From contig RDEW01000004.1 in assembly GCA_011109175.1 (NCBI GenBank), forward strand, positions 1,176,410-1,240,409: a DNA stretch of 64,000 nt, in the 5' to 3' direction. The DNA comes from Dicyema japonicum (taxonomy: Eukaryota > Animalia > Dicyemida). Positions within the stretch are counted from its first letter, which is position 1. The number at the start of each line of letters is the position of its first letter. Below the pieces are notes generated by a model. It was given only the letters and a program-made list of their open reading frames with translations, was not told the DNA's origin and made no database searches. Positions 12,842-26,436 of the stretch are shown here, piece by piece. The position numbers and the translations under genes are program-made.

Positions 12842-13639
12842 ATGTCCTCCAATTCGCTACATGATCAGTGCCTAAAATATTTTAAAACATCTGATTTTTA
12901 TGAAATATTATGCGTAGAAAGGACGGTTAACGAGAAATCCAGTAAGTCATTTACACATAACTTGATTAGTCAAATCGGCATATTACAAATGTGCTAAGAA
13001 ATACCACCCTGATCGTTCCTCCGACAAAAATGCAACAAAAAAGTTCCAAATACTATCAAACGTGCATGCCATTCTTTCAAATCCAGAAAAGAGGCTGATT
13101 TACGACCAGACAGGTATAAGATAAATCATTTTCAGGCGAATGTGAAGACCACGGCCTGCTTGATGACGTAAAAGACTGGTATTCATACTGGAGGGAGATG
13201 TTTCCGCCAATAACCACAAACGATATCGACGTCTATTTGTCAAAATATAAAGGTTTTCATTAAATCTATGCCAGGATCCGACGAAGAAGTTAAGGATTTG
13301 AAAGAATCTTACATCAATAACTCTGGAAGGATCAAGGGGATCTTAAAGGAAGTCATCGGTGCCTCAGAGGATGACAGGGAGCGATTTATTTACATTCTCT
13401 CCGATTTACTCTTACGTGGGGAACTAAAAAAATTTAAGAATTTTCCAGCCATGACTGCGGAAGAAGTCGAGGACTTTAAAAGGAGGGAAAATTTAGAGGA
13501 TTCGAGTAGTAAGAAAGGTAAAGAAAAGAAGGGGGATGACGATCTTGTGAAAGAGCTAATGAATAGCAAAGCCAAGAGAATGGCTAAGACGGAGTCTTTC
13601 TTAGATTCGCTAGAAAAAAAATATTCAAAGAAAAAGTGA
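12842..13639 (+). CDS. DNAJC9: DnaJ homolog subfamily C member 9, 4 exons
   Basis: J-domain with HPD (KYHPDR), then DWYSYWREMFPPIT, YKGSDEEVKDLKESY and C-terminal FLDSLEKKY. Three GT-AG introns of 28, 22 and 22 nt. Confidence 0.9.
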
Positions 13640-13837
13640 TTTTTTAGAATTTTCCTTTCTGATTTGTTATTTAGTAGCTTGTAAAATTGTCTTTTTTGAT
13701 TTTTTTCACTTGTGTATTTATTACATTTAAGAAGGATAGCAGCACGAGAGCCTAGCAGGTGAAGAGTCACGCTTTATTTGAAGACTAAAGAACAGGTATG
13801 TTTATTCATCTTTAGAAGGACCAAGGTTGGAAAATAA

Positions 13838-14305
13838 CTTTTTTGCTACGTGTGGGTACTTGTGACATAGGTTCTGCAGTGAAGTTTCACTGATGACGAT
13901 GTCTCTCGTCTAGTCAGCAAGTATCGTAGTTGCATGGGATCTTCAGCCTGAATAGACAGCAGCAAGATTTCTAATAGACAGCAGCAAGAAACATCTTTAA
14001 CGCTTAAGACACTGCGACATCCACAGTTAAGTGCGCGGTTTTCCAGATAATAATTCCCCTGTTCCTGCTCAAGACAAACATATCCACAGTTCTCCACTTT
14101 ACCAGAGGGGATTTGAATCCATACATAATTGCATCTGATGGTTCCTTGTATCCGAAAGTTGCGCATCTCCTAATCCAAAAAAGGAACGCAGTGTTACATC
14201 CATATTGAGGAGATAAGACGTCAGGGGTACTGGAACTGTGTCATAGTGCACCAGAGTTATGTCACCTGCTCAATCACCCAACCAATTAACCACTAGGTTG
14301 ACTGG
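13838..14305 (-). mobile_element. Long/composite SINE copy (A-box-like head, SINE body and A-rich tail)
   Basis: The 3' ~150 bp aligns with the SINE copies at 16300, 18808, 24590, 59030 and 59758. The 5' head (accagtcaacctagtggttaa) resembles 59420-59520. Confidence 0.6.
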
Positions 14306-14899
14306 TAATTAACGTTGTGCTCTTTTAGGTCAAAATTATGAAGAAACTAAACGAATTTATTTTGAAGAAAAGGGGAAGTGTTATATTATTAATTCTCAAA
14401 GGTTAAGGAGTCCATTAGTTAGTTAAATGAACTTATGAATACAAAGGGTTTAGTCTGTGTCGTACTCTGCTATCCTTTTTATATTTTCTTTCATATAGAG
14501 TAGACAGAGTTTGATAAGACAGGGAATAGAGAAGTGTCAACCTCACAATTAAAGCAGAGAGTAGTCTCAGAAGACATCTACACGGACTATCTATTAACCC
14601 AGTGAACAACAACTCCACCCGAACAACAGTCATCAAACGTACTGCACTTGTCTGTACCTAGCTCACTAACAAACTGACGCATACTCGTTCTATCATCTCA
14701 GTAATGATCTTTCTGCCGGTTTACCTACAGAACCGGTTTACAAATCTACTTCTACCAGGAACAAAATTGTGGGAACTCTTCAAGAAATAATCCAGCCAAG
14801 TGGGAGACATCTAATGATTTTTGATGCCGTTCTGAACTATTTGAGACAAGTGGATCACATGACGTCACGGTAACGAAAAAAAGGAGAGAGGAAACTGAA

Positions 14900-15220
14900 A
14901 AAAGGAGGGAAACCCTTCAAACTACCAAATATCTCGTATGTCTACACAAGAAGACGACTCCAACAATGAAGTGACGTTTAACTGCGTAAAATGCGTAGTG
15001 TCTTATCGTGTAAGGAGCCGATTTTGTCTAAAGATGACGCCGAGAGTTCATACTTCCATGAAGCACAGGCATATTTTATAATGGCAACAATTGTTTGACT
15101 GTATACTTCACGTATGCAATCTTCCGTACGGACTCTTCGCAACAATTGCCTTGACGATATTCACTTCTTGTGTTCTTTCGTTTGGATCTAACGAGGATAG
15201 TTATTTTCTAAAGCATATTT
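14900..15220 (-). mobile_element. LINE RT C-terminal fragment
   Basis: Translation 'EVYSQTIVAIIKYACASWKYELSASSLDKI' parallels 'LYKQFIEP.ISYAC.SW' in other LINE copies here. Confidence 0.6.
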
Positions 15221-15333
15221 CAATTGAATTTTTTTTTGAAATAAAGTAAATTAAATTAAAATTATTTTAAAATTTTATTTATCGTTAAAAAAGAATAATA
15301 TTAACAAAAAATATAATATAAAAATTAAAAACC

Positions 15334-16210
15334 ATGACGACCAAACATGATAAGTCTGAATGTCTACTTGAAAGGACACTGAAATATTTAAGTAGTTATA
15401 TTTAAAATTACAGATAAATCGAATTTTGTGACGTTGCTAGGTCACAGCAAAAACCCACCGTCCTCTACTGCTGAGATTAACATTTGGAACAGAGTACATT
15501 CCTAATTTCAGAATTTCAGGTAAACGAGTGTAGTCTACCAAACGATATGAGTCAATTTTACTTATTTTCAAACGGTCTTGAGATATCCTGGAAGTTGACT
15601 GATCCTTGTATTAATTGGACTCAACAAAATAGACAATCTAATACAACTTGGCTGCATTTATATTAGTCCACTCAATAAGCTGAATCACTTCAAAGTTGAA
15701 GGGGAGATGAATATTCTTAACGAAATAGCAGGTTTCCAGTTTTCTATATTAAGAAAAATCAGAGGTCAATATAGCCTTCACAAGACTTTTTGTGCTCCAC
15801 CACTGCAATGGAGATGGGAAAATCTGTTTGGCTTACAAAAAGAGTATTTTATAAGAAATTCATTTTAGGAGGGAACGAGTTTATTGGAATTTATTACGCG
15901 GACAGAGGTTTTAGATTGCATTTCATTTCTGCCTCGTTCACAAATTACTATCGGTTACTTCTCTCCCACCTAGGACTGAGTCAATGGTACTATGCGTACA
16001 CAGATATGGAGATACCCAAATCCACAGCGGTTGATATTTTTCGTAAATTCTAAGTATTGGCTCAGAATGCTCACATCACGTTTGTCAAATTCTCGTGCTG
16101 TTGTAGAAGAGAAAAGGAACAGCTTTGACTCAGAAAAAGTCTTAAAGTATTCTGTAAATGATTTTAGTTTATTAAACAATAAAGCCAAAGTCAAAATTAT
16201 TAAAAAATAA
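15334..16210 (+). CDS. TPGS2: Tubulin polyglutamylase complex subunit 2, 7 exons
   Basis: Spliced product contains LPNDMSQFYLFSNGLEISW, HCNGDGKICLAYK and FISASFTNYYRLLLSHLGLSQWYYAYT, matching TPGS2 blocks. Six GT-AG introns of 22-26 nt. Confidence 0.85.
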
Positions 16211-16299
16211 ACTTATAAATTTTCATTTTTTTAAATAATAAATTTACTTCAAATTTGTTAAAGTATTCTAAATTTATTTTTATCAATGTGTTTGTGTAA

Positions 16300-16455
16300 T
16301 AAGTGCCGATGGTTCCGGGTTAGAGTCTCCCTGCTGTCCATCTCCCTGATTCCACTCATTTTCTGGGATTGACGAGTGACTCCGTGATCAGTGATTCATC
16401 ACTGGGGAACCGGATTGTCTCAGACTCGCACGTAAGCAAAAAGAGAAGAACAAAA
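16300..16455 (+). mobile_element. tRNA-derived SINE copy
   Basis: Degenerate B-box, conserved CAGTG-loop-CACTG stem and A-rich tail; homologous to 18808-19003. Confidence 0.7.
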
Positions 16456-16630
16456 CCTTAAATGTTTTGGATTAATTGGCATGACTGTTCTTTACTTGTA
16501 AAATAAATGTGAGTTATGTCTAAATTGAGTAATGGAAACATTAGTAGTCATTGGCAGAAGGGCTAAATTATTTAATCTGTTTGTATCTTATACAAAACGA
16601 AATAAAAATAAAGCCAAAACTCAGAATCGT

Positions 16631-17120
16631 CTAGTTTTCCGAGATACTAGTAGTAGTGGCTGTTAAGGCTTGAATGTTGAGGATTTTTTGTTTGTTCGTC
16701 CAGGACAGATTAATTCCCCATGACATACAGGCATAGCTGACAGATGGCTCAATGAATTGTTTGTACAACAATTTCAAAACTGGGAAAGGGGTTTTAATGC
16801 CACCGAAAATGGTTTTGATTATCCCTAGCTTTCTTGAGCAGCTTCCAGAGACAGCGTCGACGTGGGATGAAAAGGACATGTGTGTGTCGAAAGTGATCCC
16901 CAAGATTTTCAGTTTCTTCGTGAAAGGTATTTTTGTCTGGTTGATAAATATATCCACTGTCATTTGTCCAAGTCGTTTGTCTGAGGTAAATAAGGACAAA
17001 AATTTTTCAGTAGATATATCAAGCCTGTTATAATTTAGCCAAATTTGAATCTTGTGAAGGTATTCTTGTGGTCTTTCTGATGCCTTTGGGATATCTTGAT
17101 TGCGGGATTCGATTAATAGG
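16631..17120 (-). mobile_element. LINE RT 3' fragment
   Basis: LLYADD, KILGITFD and LYKQFIEPSVSYAC in ORF 16631-17197. Confidence 0.85.
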
Positions 17121-17979
17121 TCATCAGCATATAATAGGAAGTAGTCGTCTTTATTATCGGGTTGTGGTAAACGGAAAATAACCCCTTCTGAATCCATGTT
17201 GCGAAAATAAAAAAGGAAAAGACGGGTTTATAAGATAAGAATCAATTTTTCCAATAATTTTGGTCGAAATGATGCAAGATTGTTTTTTGGCTTCCCAGAC
17301 TAAAGGATTGGGCGTATATAGGACAGTTTCCAAATAGTTGGAATTGTATTCATGTTTATTGAATTGTTGAAAACCACTGTGATTGCATCATTCCCAATAG
17401 GTCAAAGGTGCTTTAGTAACAGGGATATAATCAGGCCCACATGAGAAAAAAAATTCATCTTTTTCAAACCCTCACTGACATCTGAATGTGAGATAAAGTT
17501 ATTCGGATAAAGAAGGTCCATCCATTTTCCTGAAAGTTTTCTCTTCGGTCTCATTGAGGATAAAGAAGGCCCATCCATTTTCCTGAAAGTTTTGTGGCTT
17601 AAACTGTTTGAGCAGTCCAGACGAATGCAGTAGAATCCTAGAAGATGCGGGGTAGATGATGATGGAGTGAGTTTGTTTTCTTGAAGTAAAGTCATGTCAA
17701 TGTTCTGTTTTTTAATGAAAGACTGTAGTTCGAGAATTTTGCTTTTGATTCCGTTGATGTTTATCTGCAGAATAAGAGTGGACCTGGATTAAGTTCAATG
17801 TCACCAACGAGAAAAATTATCAGTAACCCATTCAGACGAGGAGGATTAAGAAAGGGAAGAGGCTGTCGTCCGAAAAGTCTTTCTTTGAATGGGAGGTAGT
17901 TAATGGTCCTTTTTCGCAGTGCATTAAGTGCACCGTGAGCGCCTCCATAACTTTCATAACTGGTAGACTACATAACGCA

Positions 17980-18695
17980 CGTTTTAATATTTCCACCACA
18001 TTTTAATAATGTCGAATATGCTAAAGACTACAAGGAATACTAAATAACATATTTGGATGGTTGTGCGAAAATCGATTAAATGCATGTTCCAGAAAGTCAG
18101 TAGTCACTCTGTTTACTAAGAATAGAAAGATGGGAATGCAAACAATTGATGTCACGTTAAATGGAGTGCCTATACGCCAAAAGAAATCGCAGAAGATACT
18201 GGGAGTAACTTTTGATACTTTCCTTTGCTTTTCAGCCCATGTGGAATCTATCACATTAATCTGTGCAAAGAAGATCAATTTTGTAAAAGCCTTCCTTTGG
18301 AACTGTGGAGGAATTTATCCGCCAGGTATCGGGACTTTCTACAAGCAGTATGTCGAGCCAACAATAGGCTATGCATGTGCTGGATGGGGATCTAACCTGT
18401 CGGCAACGAACCTAACAAAAATTCAAGAGATCTAGTCAAGAGCAATAAAATTACTGGAAAAATATACAGATAAAGAAATTGCCCCCAGAGCACTCGAGTC
18501 TATCATGGAGGCAACTGGAGGTAATTTCAGAAGAGGAAAGGAAAAAGACTCCCTTCCGTATAGAAAATGCGTGGGATCACGGTCGGAGCATCAAGAAAAA
18601 ATGGCCCGATTTTTGAGAGATGCCAAGATCACCTGAATCTTAGTTAGAGGTTAAGACGGTTTTTCTTTGGATTAAATAATAATAATAATAATAAA
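17980..18695 (+). mobile_element. LINE RT 3' fragment with (TAA)n tail
   Basis: KILGVTFDTFLCFSAHV and FYKQYVEPTIGYAC are present; the tail taataataataataa is at ~18676-18694. Confidence 0.85.
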
Positions 18696-18807
18696 GCCTT
18701 TTCACGAGAGCCATAATATTTATAGCTCCGCATAGGCAGGACACACACTTTATTTAAGTAAATAACAGTTAATTTTAACTAATCGTAGAACCAAAGAATG
18801 ATCACTT

Positions 18808-19003
18808 CCTTTTTTTCTTTTTCTTGTGTGAGTGTCCTTTCTAGACAATCCAATTCCGCAGTGAATTTCCACTGACGACGGCGTCACTCGTCAAGCACTT
18901 GTTTGCATAATAGATGCGTGGAATCTTCCACCAGGTGAACAGCAGCGAGAATCGAACCCGTGACCTAAGCAACTTATGCCCAACACCTAACCACTATGTT
19001 ACT
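18808..19003 (-). mobile_element. Full-length tRNA-derived SINE (~195 bp)
   Basis: On the minus strand: A-box TAGTGGTTAGG, B-box GGGTTCGATTC, then a non-tRNA body with a CAGTG..CACTG stem and an A-rich tail. Confidence 0.75.
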
Positions 19004-19118
19004 CATTTTAATAAGGAATTGAATTTTTCCAAAAGTCCTATTTTCAAAGGAAAATAAATATAAAAATAATAAAATTAACTTATTTTACAAGTAAATAATT
19101 TAAATTAATAAAGATTAT

Positions 19119-20587
19119 TTAACATTGCGTTTCTTCTTAGAGTCACTCTTAGCTTGAAATTTCCGCTTACTACACTAACGAATCAACCAAACCCGCATGA
19201 CTTCAGGAAACCCAAACTCGACGAATTAACAATCTTGGCAATACTAAAAAATCAACCAACAATAAACTGATCAATTCCATTCTCCATGTCCTCCTCAGTA
19301 TAAAACGTCAGGGCCTCCCCTTGCCTCCCGGCTCTTCCAGTCCGTCCCACACGGTGGATATAGTCCACCCCACTCTTTGGCATGTCATAGTTCAGCACAA
19401 AATTCACAGCACTAAAGTCCATCCCCCGTGCGACCAACTCGGTAGAAATAAGCACGTCTATACTCCCCATACGAAATTTCTCTACCACTGCGTCTCTCTT
19501 CCATAAAACTGAAAATCACCTCATTTTTCGCCCTCCCAGCGTGGAGCACATCCATAGTGAGCCCATCATATAGGAGCTCATTTAGCAGCAATTCAGCACG
19601 AACCTTTGAAGAGACAAAAATCAATGCTGGAGTCTTTATCCCCGACTTGATGTGACTCCGGATGGCGAAAAGCTTCCCAATATCGTCGCTTACATATAAC
19701 AATTTGTGGTCGACAGTATTTACAGCAGAGTTACTAAAGGATCATAGAACGTAAGAACCGTTCACCCACGTGCATAATGATGACGTCTTCCAAGTTAAGA
19801 CGGCACCATTCTTCCACTTCCTGGTCGAAGGTGGCGCTATAGAAGCACTTTTTCAACAGGGAATTCGTGCAGAGGCTAAAAATCTCACCGAACTGTTGTC
19901 GAAATCCGCCTTTTCCCGCCTGAAAAAGCTTGTCAGACTCGTCTGCGACCAAAAAAAGAATCTTTGAGAGGTCAACAAATTGGTATAAAATCTTGTTTGG
20001 AGTCCCCACAAGAATGTCTAAATAAGAGGGAAATTTAAACCAGAATTTGAAATTCGTTTCGACGTGGAATTTTTTGTGGCAACTAAAGTTCTCAAAGAAA
20101 TGCCATAGGAAACTCTTTTGATATCCCCAAAAATTTGCATCGCCAGCTCCCACGTGGGCACAAGAACCAAGGCTCGAGGACCACCAGTTTTGTGTTGTTT
20201 TAAAGCGGCCAAAATTGGTAGAACAAAACTCAAAGTCTTCCCAGATCCCGTGGGAGCACATCCGAGGAGATTCCTTCCCTCCATTTGAACAGGGATCGCT
20301 TGCATCTGAATTGGAGTGGGGGTCACAAATCCTAGGGTAGTAAGATTGTTGAGGATTTGCAATGGAAATCTTCGGGAAGTCAGATCCGAAAATTCGCTGA
20401 TGGGATTAGGAACATCCTGCCCAAAGATGTGTATCTGGTGAGCTTTTCGTACTTCCTCAGCATCAGTTGGTCCCCTTTCAGGAATTTTGTCAGTTTTTCC
20501 ATCTTTTAGATCAAATCTGTTGGCATCGGCAGAAAAACGGTTCAAATCAAATTTTGCCCCTTTTGATATAGTTCGAAAAAAATCCAT
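19119..20587 (-). CDS. DDX52: DEAD-box RNA helicase DDX52/Rok1, about 6 exons
   Basis: N-terminus [14 protein letters not shown]; motifs [36 protein letters not shown] and [13 protein letters not shown]. Five GT-AG introns; the last two and the 3' end are tentative. Confidence 0.9.
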
Positions 20588-20739
20588 CCACAAGATTATT
20601 GTGTCAATGCACGTGACTCAAAAATTATTTATTTTTTATTATTTTTATATTTGTTAAATTTTTAAATTAATTTAAATTTAGAATTCTTTCATTTTTTCAA
20701 AAATTATAATATTTATTCATAATAAGTTATTGGGATTTC

Positions 20740-23190
20740 TGTACAGACCACTCTCGGAACTATTATTATTGCCAATGTCTATGTTCTCTCTCCAGGTTCC
20801 TGTGCAAAAGAATTTTCTATGGATTTGTCTGCCCTAGATATGATGGAAAACTTGTTGGTGTCCGGGGATTTTAATGCCAAGCACCCTTCGTGATATGAGA
20901 AACAACCTCCCGACACAAGGGGATTTCATATTATTTCCCAATTAGACAATCTGTCCATTATGAACGACCTAAATAGGAATACACGAACTCCGTATAATAG
21001 AAAGGATTAGATTACCTCGCCGGATATAACGTTATGTTCACCACGGCTTGCCCGCTTATATGCTGATCAGTAAATTATGACTTACGAAGCCGACCAGTGC
21101 CCAGACCATAATCCCATTATGATCAATTGTACACAAATGACGCGGTAAAAACAAGTAAATTTTATGACTATTTTAATGCTGACTGGACAGGATTCAGAAG
21201 ATACGTGGATTCGTCCCTATTTAATTTCCATCCAAATAATTTCAACTCAATCAATAGAGCAGTCTATCATTTTAATAAGGTGATTCTGGAAGGGTGAAAA
21301 CTATTTGTCAGAAAAGGAATTTTAAAACTCACCGAGAAGAAATATGATGCTAGCACAATCAAACTAAGAAAAAAAAGGAATTGTCTCAAACGTAAAAAGC
21401 ACCTAATAAAACATGATAATAATAGAATCCGTGCACTGAACATTAAGAACAACGAAAAGACAAAACTTCTCCAAAAAACAAAACTGGGCCGAATTTCTAA
21501 TCCTATGAAAAACAATTGTTCACTTACCAAGATGTGCTGCGAAATGTCAATAACGCTAAAAACAATACCGAGGGAGACCGTGAACAAAAGATTGATCTGA
21601 ATAAATTTACAAACATTTTCTGAGAATAAGCCACAAACCATATCAAAGGATAGATATTCCTACACACAAAAAACCGAAATCGAAAAGGAAGTATCCAACA
21701 ATGTATGTTCTACCGGGAGATGTCGGACTGTGAACAAAAGATTGATCTGAATAAATTTACAAACATTTTCTGAGAATAAGCCACAAACCATATCAAAGGA
21801 TAGATATTCCTACACACAAAAAACCGAAATCGAAAAGGAAGTATCCAACAATATATGTTCTACCGGGAGATGTCGCTTTGGAAATCTATCGAACAGAGAA
21901 CACCATTCCTATGGACCGGAAGGGATCCCGATTATTCTGTTGAAAAATATGGGCACAGTGGGAGTATCAGCACTAACATGCATCTTCAACTACTCAATCA
22001 ATTTCAACTGTATTCCAGCTATATGGAAATTTTCGAATATTCATCTAATACTGAATCCTGGGAAACCAAGGGAGGATCCTGCTTCTTACAGGCATTTGTC
22101 GCTCTTGTAAGTCCAGAGAAGATTCCTAGAGAGGATGGTTATGACACTCATTTACGCCAGATATAAGCATGGTTTAAAAAGGGAAGATCACTATCACACA
22201 TCTAAATACATTAAAGGAGTCCATAACAAATGGCCTTAACAAAAGACCAGGACAGAAAAAAACGATTGTATGCTCAATTGATATACAGATGGCTTTTGAC
22301 TCTGTTTCGAGAAAAATTATCACGCACAACATATATTCGTTAAACATTGACGCAAACCTGGTTGGGAAATTTTTTTAGTGGTCGACGAGGACGAGTACAC
22401 TGTGGCAATCGGTGTTCCGTATCAAGACTATTAGCAATTGGCGTTCCTCAGGGCTCCCCGTCATTTCCCCTTTTGTTTAACCTTATGATGAATGACTTGC
22501 TACTCCCACAAAGGGACGATGACATATTATTAACGTATGCGGATGATATAGTCATTGGTTCGAGGAATGTGAGTATTATCGAAGCAACGAGAAGAGTAAA
22601 GGACAATCTGAATAAACTTAGTTTATGGCAATGGGAAAATCAATTGACTGATAGCCAGGAGAAGTCGGTGTTGACCCTATTCACACCAAACAGAAGACTA
22701 GGGATAATATCAATTAACGTCACACTGGATGGGAAAAATATTCCGCAAAACAAATTCCAAAAAATCCAAGGAGTTACCTTTGATACCTTAACCTTTACAA
22801 AACACGTCGAAAATATGTTATTGACTTGTAAGAAGATAATCAACTTCCTGAAGGCGTTCTTGGGAAACCCAAGATACAAAAAAGATTTGAGTGGACTGGA
22901 TGTCATACACAAACTGTTCATCGAGTCTACAATAGGATACGCATGTAATATCTGGGAATCTAACCTTGCTGCAACGAATTTGGACAAGATCTGCAATATT
23001 CAAGTGAAGGCAGCAAACCTACGAAGGAAATCTTCCCGTGTGAAAACCTGCCCAGAAACCTTGAAAATATGATAGAGGCGACTGGAACAGTGCCCCTGAA
23101 GGACTCGAATATGCGGACCCCGTCCATTTCAAGGAGACTCATCAACTACTATAATACTGTTGAAAATTTAATGTACCATTAGTATTCATT
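20740..23190 (+). mobile_element. Near full-length degenerate LINE (EN + RT)
   Basis: EN motifs NVYV, GDFNAKH and HNPI are present, as are RT motifs GVPQGSP, YADD and GVTFD. There are many frameshifts. A close relative lies at 44580-45560. Confidence 0.85.
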
Positions 23191-24589
23191 GATTTTGTCT
23201 GATCACTCGGCGGTCCTAGCAGTCTCTGAACCGTACAGCAATTCTCGGCAACAACACCTTTACTTAAAGTCCCAACACACCTGAGATTACGGGAGCGATT
23301 AAGAAGTAACAGAATATGTGTGATTGGAAAAGTCAACACACGTGAGGCCTCACATTGAAGACCTTCCGTCGAAGAGCATTAAGATCATCTTGCCTCTTCC
23401 CACCTCCGCGATCAAAGCCGGGGGCTCCACTACTGAAGAAAAATTAACCGTCCCCAAATGTCGTTCTATGATTTCATTTAGGGTCTCGTCTTTAGGGAAC
23501 TTTCCAGTACATATGTAAGAGAGGGGATTGGCCTTTTTACGTTCTTACTCGAGGTGGAGGCAAACTTAAGTATTAAGGATTTCAGTTTAAATTAGTGTTC
23601 TAACAGATAGAAGGGAATGCATTAAGACAACTTTTTCTGTCTTCAGCAGAATGGAAGCAAGCAAAACGATCTGATTTAGATACTTTTCTGTTTTCCAAAG
23701 AAAGATTGAGTAAAATTTCATCCATTATTTTTCAGACCTATTGACCACCCGGGATGTCTAAATCAAGTCATTCCAATACTGTCCGCACTCGAAGAGTTAA
23801 CAAGATCTCAGACGAGAGAGAAGTGCGATATCTGTTACAGACCGAAGACCACCCAGGTGGTTAAAAATTTATACTGAGCACAGCCTGGTATTGATGATCT
23901 CTTCAACAGAATCCTTTATTATATAATCTAGGAAAACAACATCGATGCTACTAAAAGACAAATATATTGGACGTAACATGCGAATCGAATTATTTCAGCA
24001 TTTGTGATAAAAAAAAAACTCAACTCTTTCCCCTGAAGAGACGATTTTTATCGTTTTTGTCTCCGAAGAGAACACCCGGGAAATCCGATTCAAGGATCCT
24101 CGCGTCTAATAGCAATTTTATGAAACTCTGTTTTTAAATAATTTGACAGAATTCCCAGCGCTTTGGGATCGACGTGCCAGAAAACGAATTTTCGGATTTC
24201 TAAAGACCGCCATACTCATACCTCATGATTGAGTCCTATTTAACGACACTGAAAGAGTTGGATATGTTCAAATTTAAACAAAACCCCCAAGTTCATAGTT
24301 AATTATCTGACAGACCTCAGTGTCCAATCGTTCTAGGAGTCAATAGATGGAGTGATAAATCAGATATTTCTACGTCAGAATAGCTTAGAGTTGACACAAA
24401 ATCATCCAGGATGTTTTAGCAGAAAACATTTTCCTTTTTGATTGGGGGTCACACTAAGTAAAATAATAATGGATAATATGCTTATATTAAAAAATCAATA
24501 AAATTTTACTTTAATTACTAAAAAATTCAATTTTGTGGTGCAGTGAAATTACAAGTTTTAATATTTCTACATTCTACATGAAGGCTTCA

Positions 24590-24690
24590 CAAGTTTAGCA
24601 AATGATGCCGTCATCAGTGAGTACTTCACTGCCGAACGAAATAGACTAAAAGGACTCACTTAACAAAAATAAGTAAAGGACATTCCTTGG
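24590..24690 (+). mobile_element. SINE 3' fragment
   Basis: gccgtcatcagtgagtacttcactgc...aaaaataag aligns to the SINE body. Confidence 0.6.
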
Positions 24691-25039
24691 TTCCCTTCCT
24701 ACGATAAGTCATCATAATTGTTCCTTACTCTAATAAATTTCGTATCCTGTTTAGGCGGAGATATAATTACAGTAAACTCTCTCAAATTTGCCGTTTTTGG
24801 TTCCAGCGAAATTGTGGCAAATTGACAGATTTCAGAAAAAATTATATTTGAAGTTTATCAATTTGAACTTATTGATTCATGTGGTGCGTAATTGCACCAT
24901 CATGGAACGTCGTTCATATAACGGAGCAACACATATTAGACCCAAGAGACTGAACACTACATGCTTTTATGCTAATACACGCAAATATGGACTTTTTTGT
25001 TAGTCTTGCAGTGACTTTTTCTACCTCTGATGCATAAAG

Positions 25040-25760
25040 ATGTCTCAAGGGGCTGCATGCTCGCTGTGCATGTGGAACTGCAGTGTCTGCATGGGCACTG
25101 GTCGGAAAACCCATAGGATCATTCCAAACGAGCATGTCGAACCGAATGACCCTCTAGACTTCAATGATGTGGACAATATTTTGCACTTCTTGTCAGATCT
25201 AAAGAAAGCCAGGAAGATTCCAATCAGGATACCAAGACCCGTCCGGATCCCCGCGGCTACATGCCGGGTCTCTGCAATTGACAATGCTGTGACGTCCGAC
25301 GACCAGAAGGCTTAGCTAAAACTCCTCACTTTCTCCCCAATAGCACTTGGAATTCCATTTATCAACTCAAAAGGAGATCAACGGAACACAGGAAAAAGCA
25401 CGACACTTGGAAACTCCTTCCTAAAAAATGAAGAAGAACGTTTAGGTTTTCCATATACATTCTCTCACCATGACGGAAGTCATGAAAACAAAACACCCTG
25501 ATGCCAATCCTCCGGTTTCTTTGAATGGCCCCGACAAACTTGGAGAGAGAGTAAATCGTAGACTATTTGAAGGCGACGTCCGAGAGACGTTGCTCGTCGT
25601 TGCCAGCGACGATACTGTGATGGCCGCTACGCCTGAGGTGCTTGAACTACTCAGACGAAAATATCTATGTCCTCCGGCAGATTACCGCACATTCGTACTT
25701 TCGGGGAATTTGTCAAGGGCGACCGTCACCGAAGGCGAAATGCGGCGCGGCATTTATTTA
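25040..25760 (+). mobile_element. CRE-clade retrotransposon fragment (pre-RT region)
   Basis: 'RIPRPVRIPAA' and 'RVNRRLFEGDVRETLLVVASDD...LELLRRKY' resemble the region preceding RT in CRE-like elements. Confidence 0.6.
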
Positions 25761-25789
25761 AAGATAATTAAACTATTTAAATCAGTAAA

Positions 25790-26345
25790 TTTTATTTTTA
25801 AGGAAAAAGGCTCTCATCTTTTCTCGGTGTTGATCCCTTGAGCCTACACAAGTTCGTTGCGGACGAGCACTTTTTTTTGGCATTGGTGTCCATTCTTGTT
25901 TTTTCGATTAGTTTCTCCATGGGCGTCGGTGATTTGATGTTTTCCCTTGTGTACCATATCTCCGTTAGTTTGAAGGTTATTTCCTGGGTTGCGGAGATTT
26001 TCTGGATGTTCGTATAAAAGGCCAGTGGTCCCCATGAAGTACACGCATATGAAATGCATGGTTCGATGTACTGTGAGTAGAGCGTTTTAAGTATAGGGTA
26101 TGTCCAATTTTGCATAGACCTGTTAGGCATTTCAGAAGGTTGATTTTCTTCTCACATTTGTTCAGCACGTTAGTGACATGTCTCGTGAAGTTCATGTGCG
26201 TATAGAAAGTAAGACCCAATATTTTTTGCCATTTGCTGAACGGCAATTCTCTTCCCTCCGCAGTAACTTATATTGTCCTGTTCGACAATCTTTTGTCCGA
26301 GGTATAGAGTTGTAACAGATTTTTCGATATTGATTGACCACTCGA
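25790..26345 (-). mobile_element. LINE 3' fragment (family also at 37140-37500 and 38380-38810)
   Basis: KILGLTFYTHMNFTRHV and LYSQYIEPCISYAC; near-identical to the other two copies. Confidence 0.85.
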
Positions 26346-26436
26346 GTAGTCGATCCATGTGGTGTTGTATTATTAAAGTAATACTCCATTCCCAATTTTT
26401 TATTATTAGAATTTATAATATTTTCTTTATAACTTC

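Noticed and set aside
13885-13915. CTGATGA followed by a hairpin on the antisense strand of SINE copies (hammerhead ribozyme?)
   Set aside because: The required GAAA after stem II is absent in every copy inspected.
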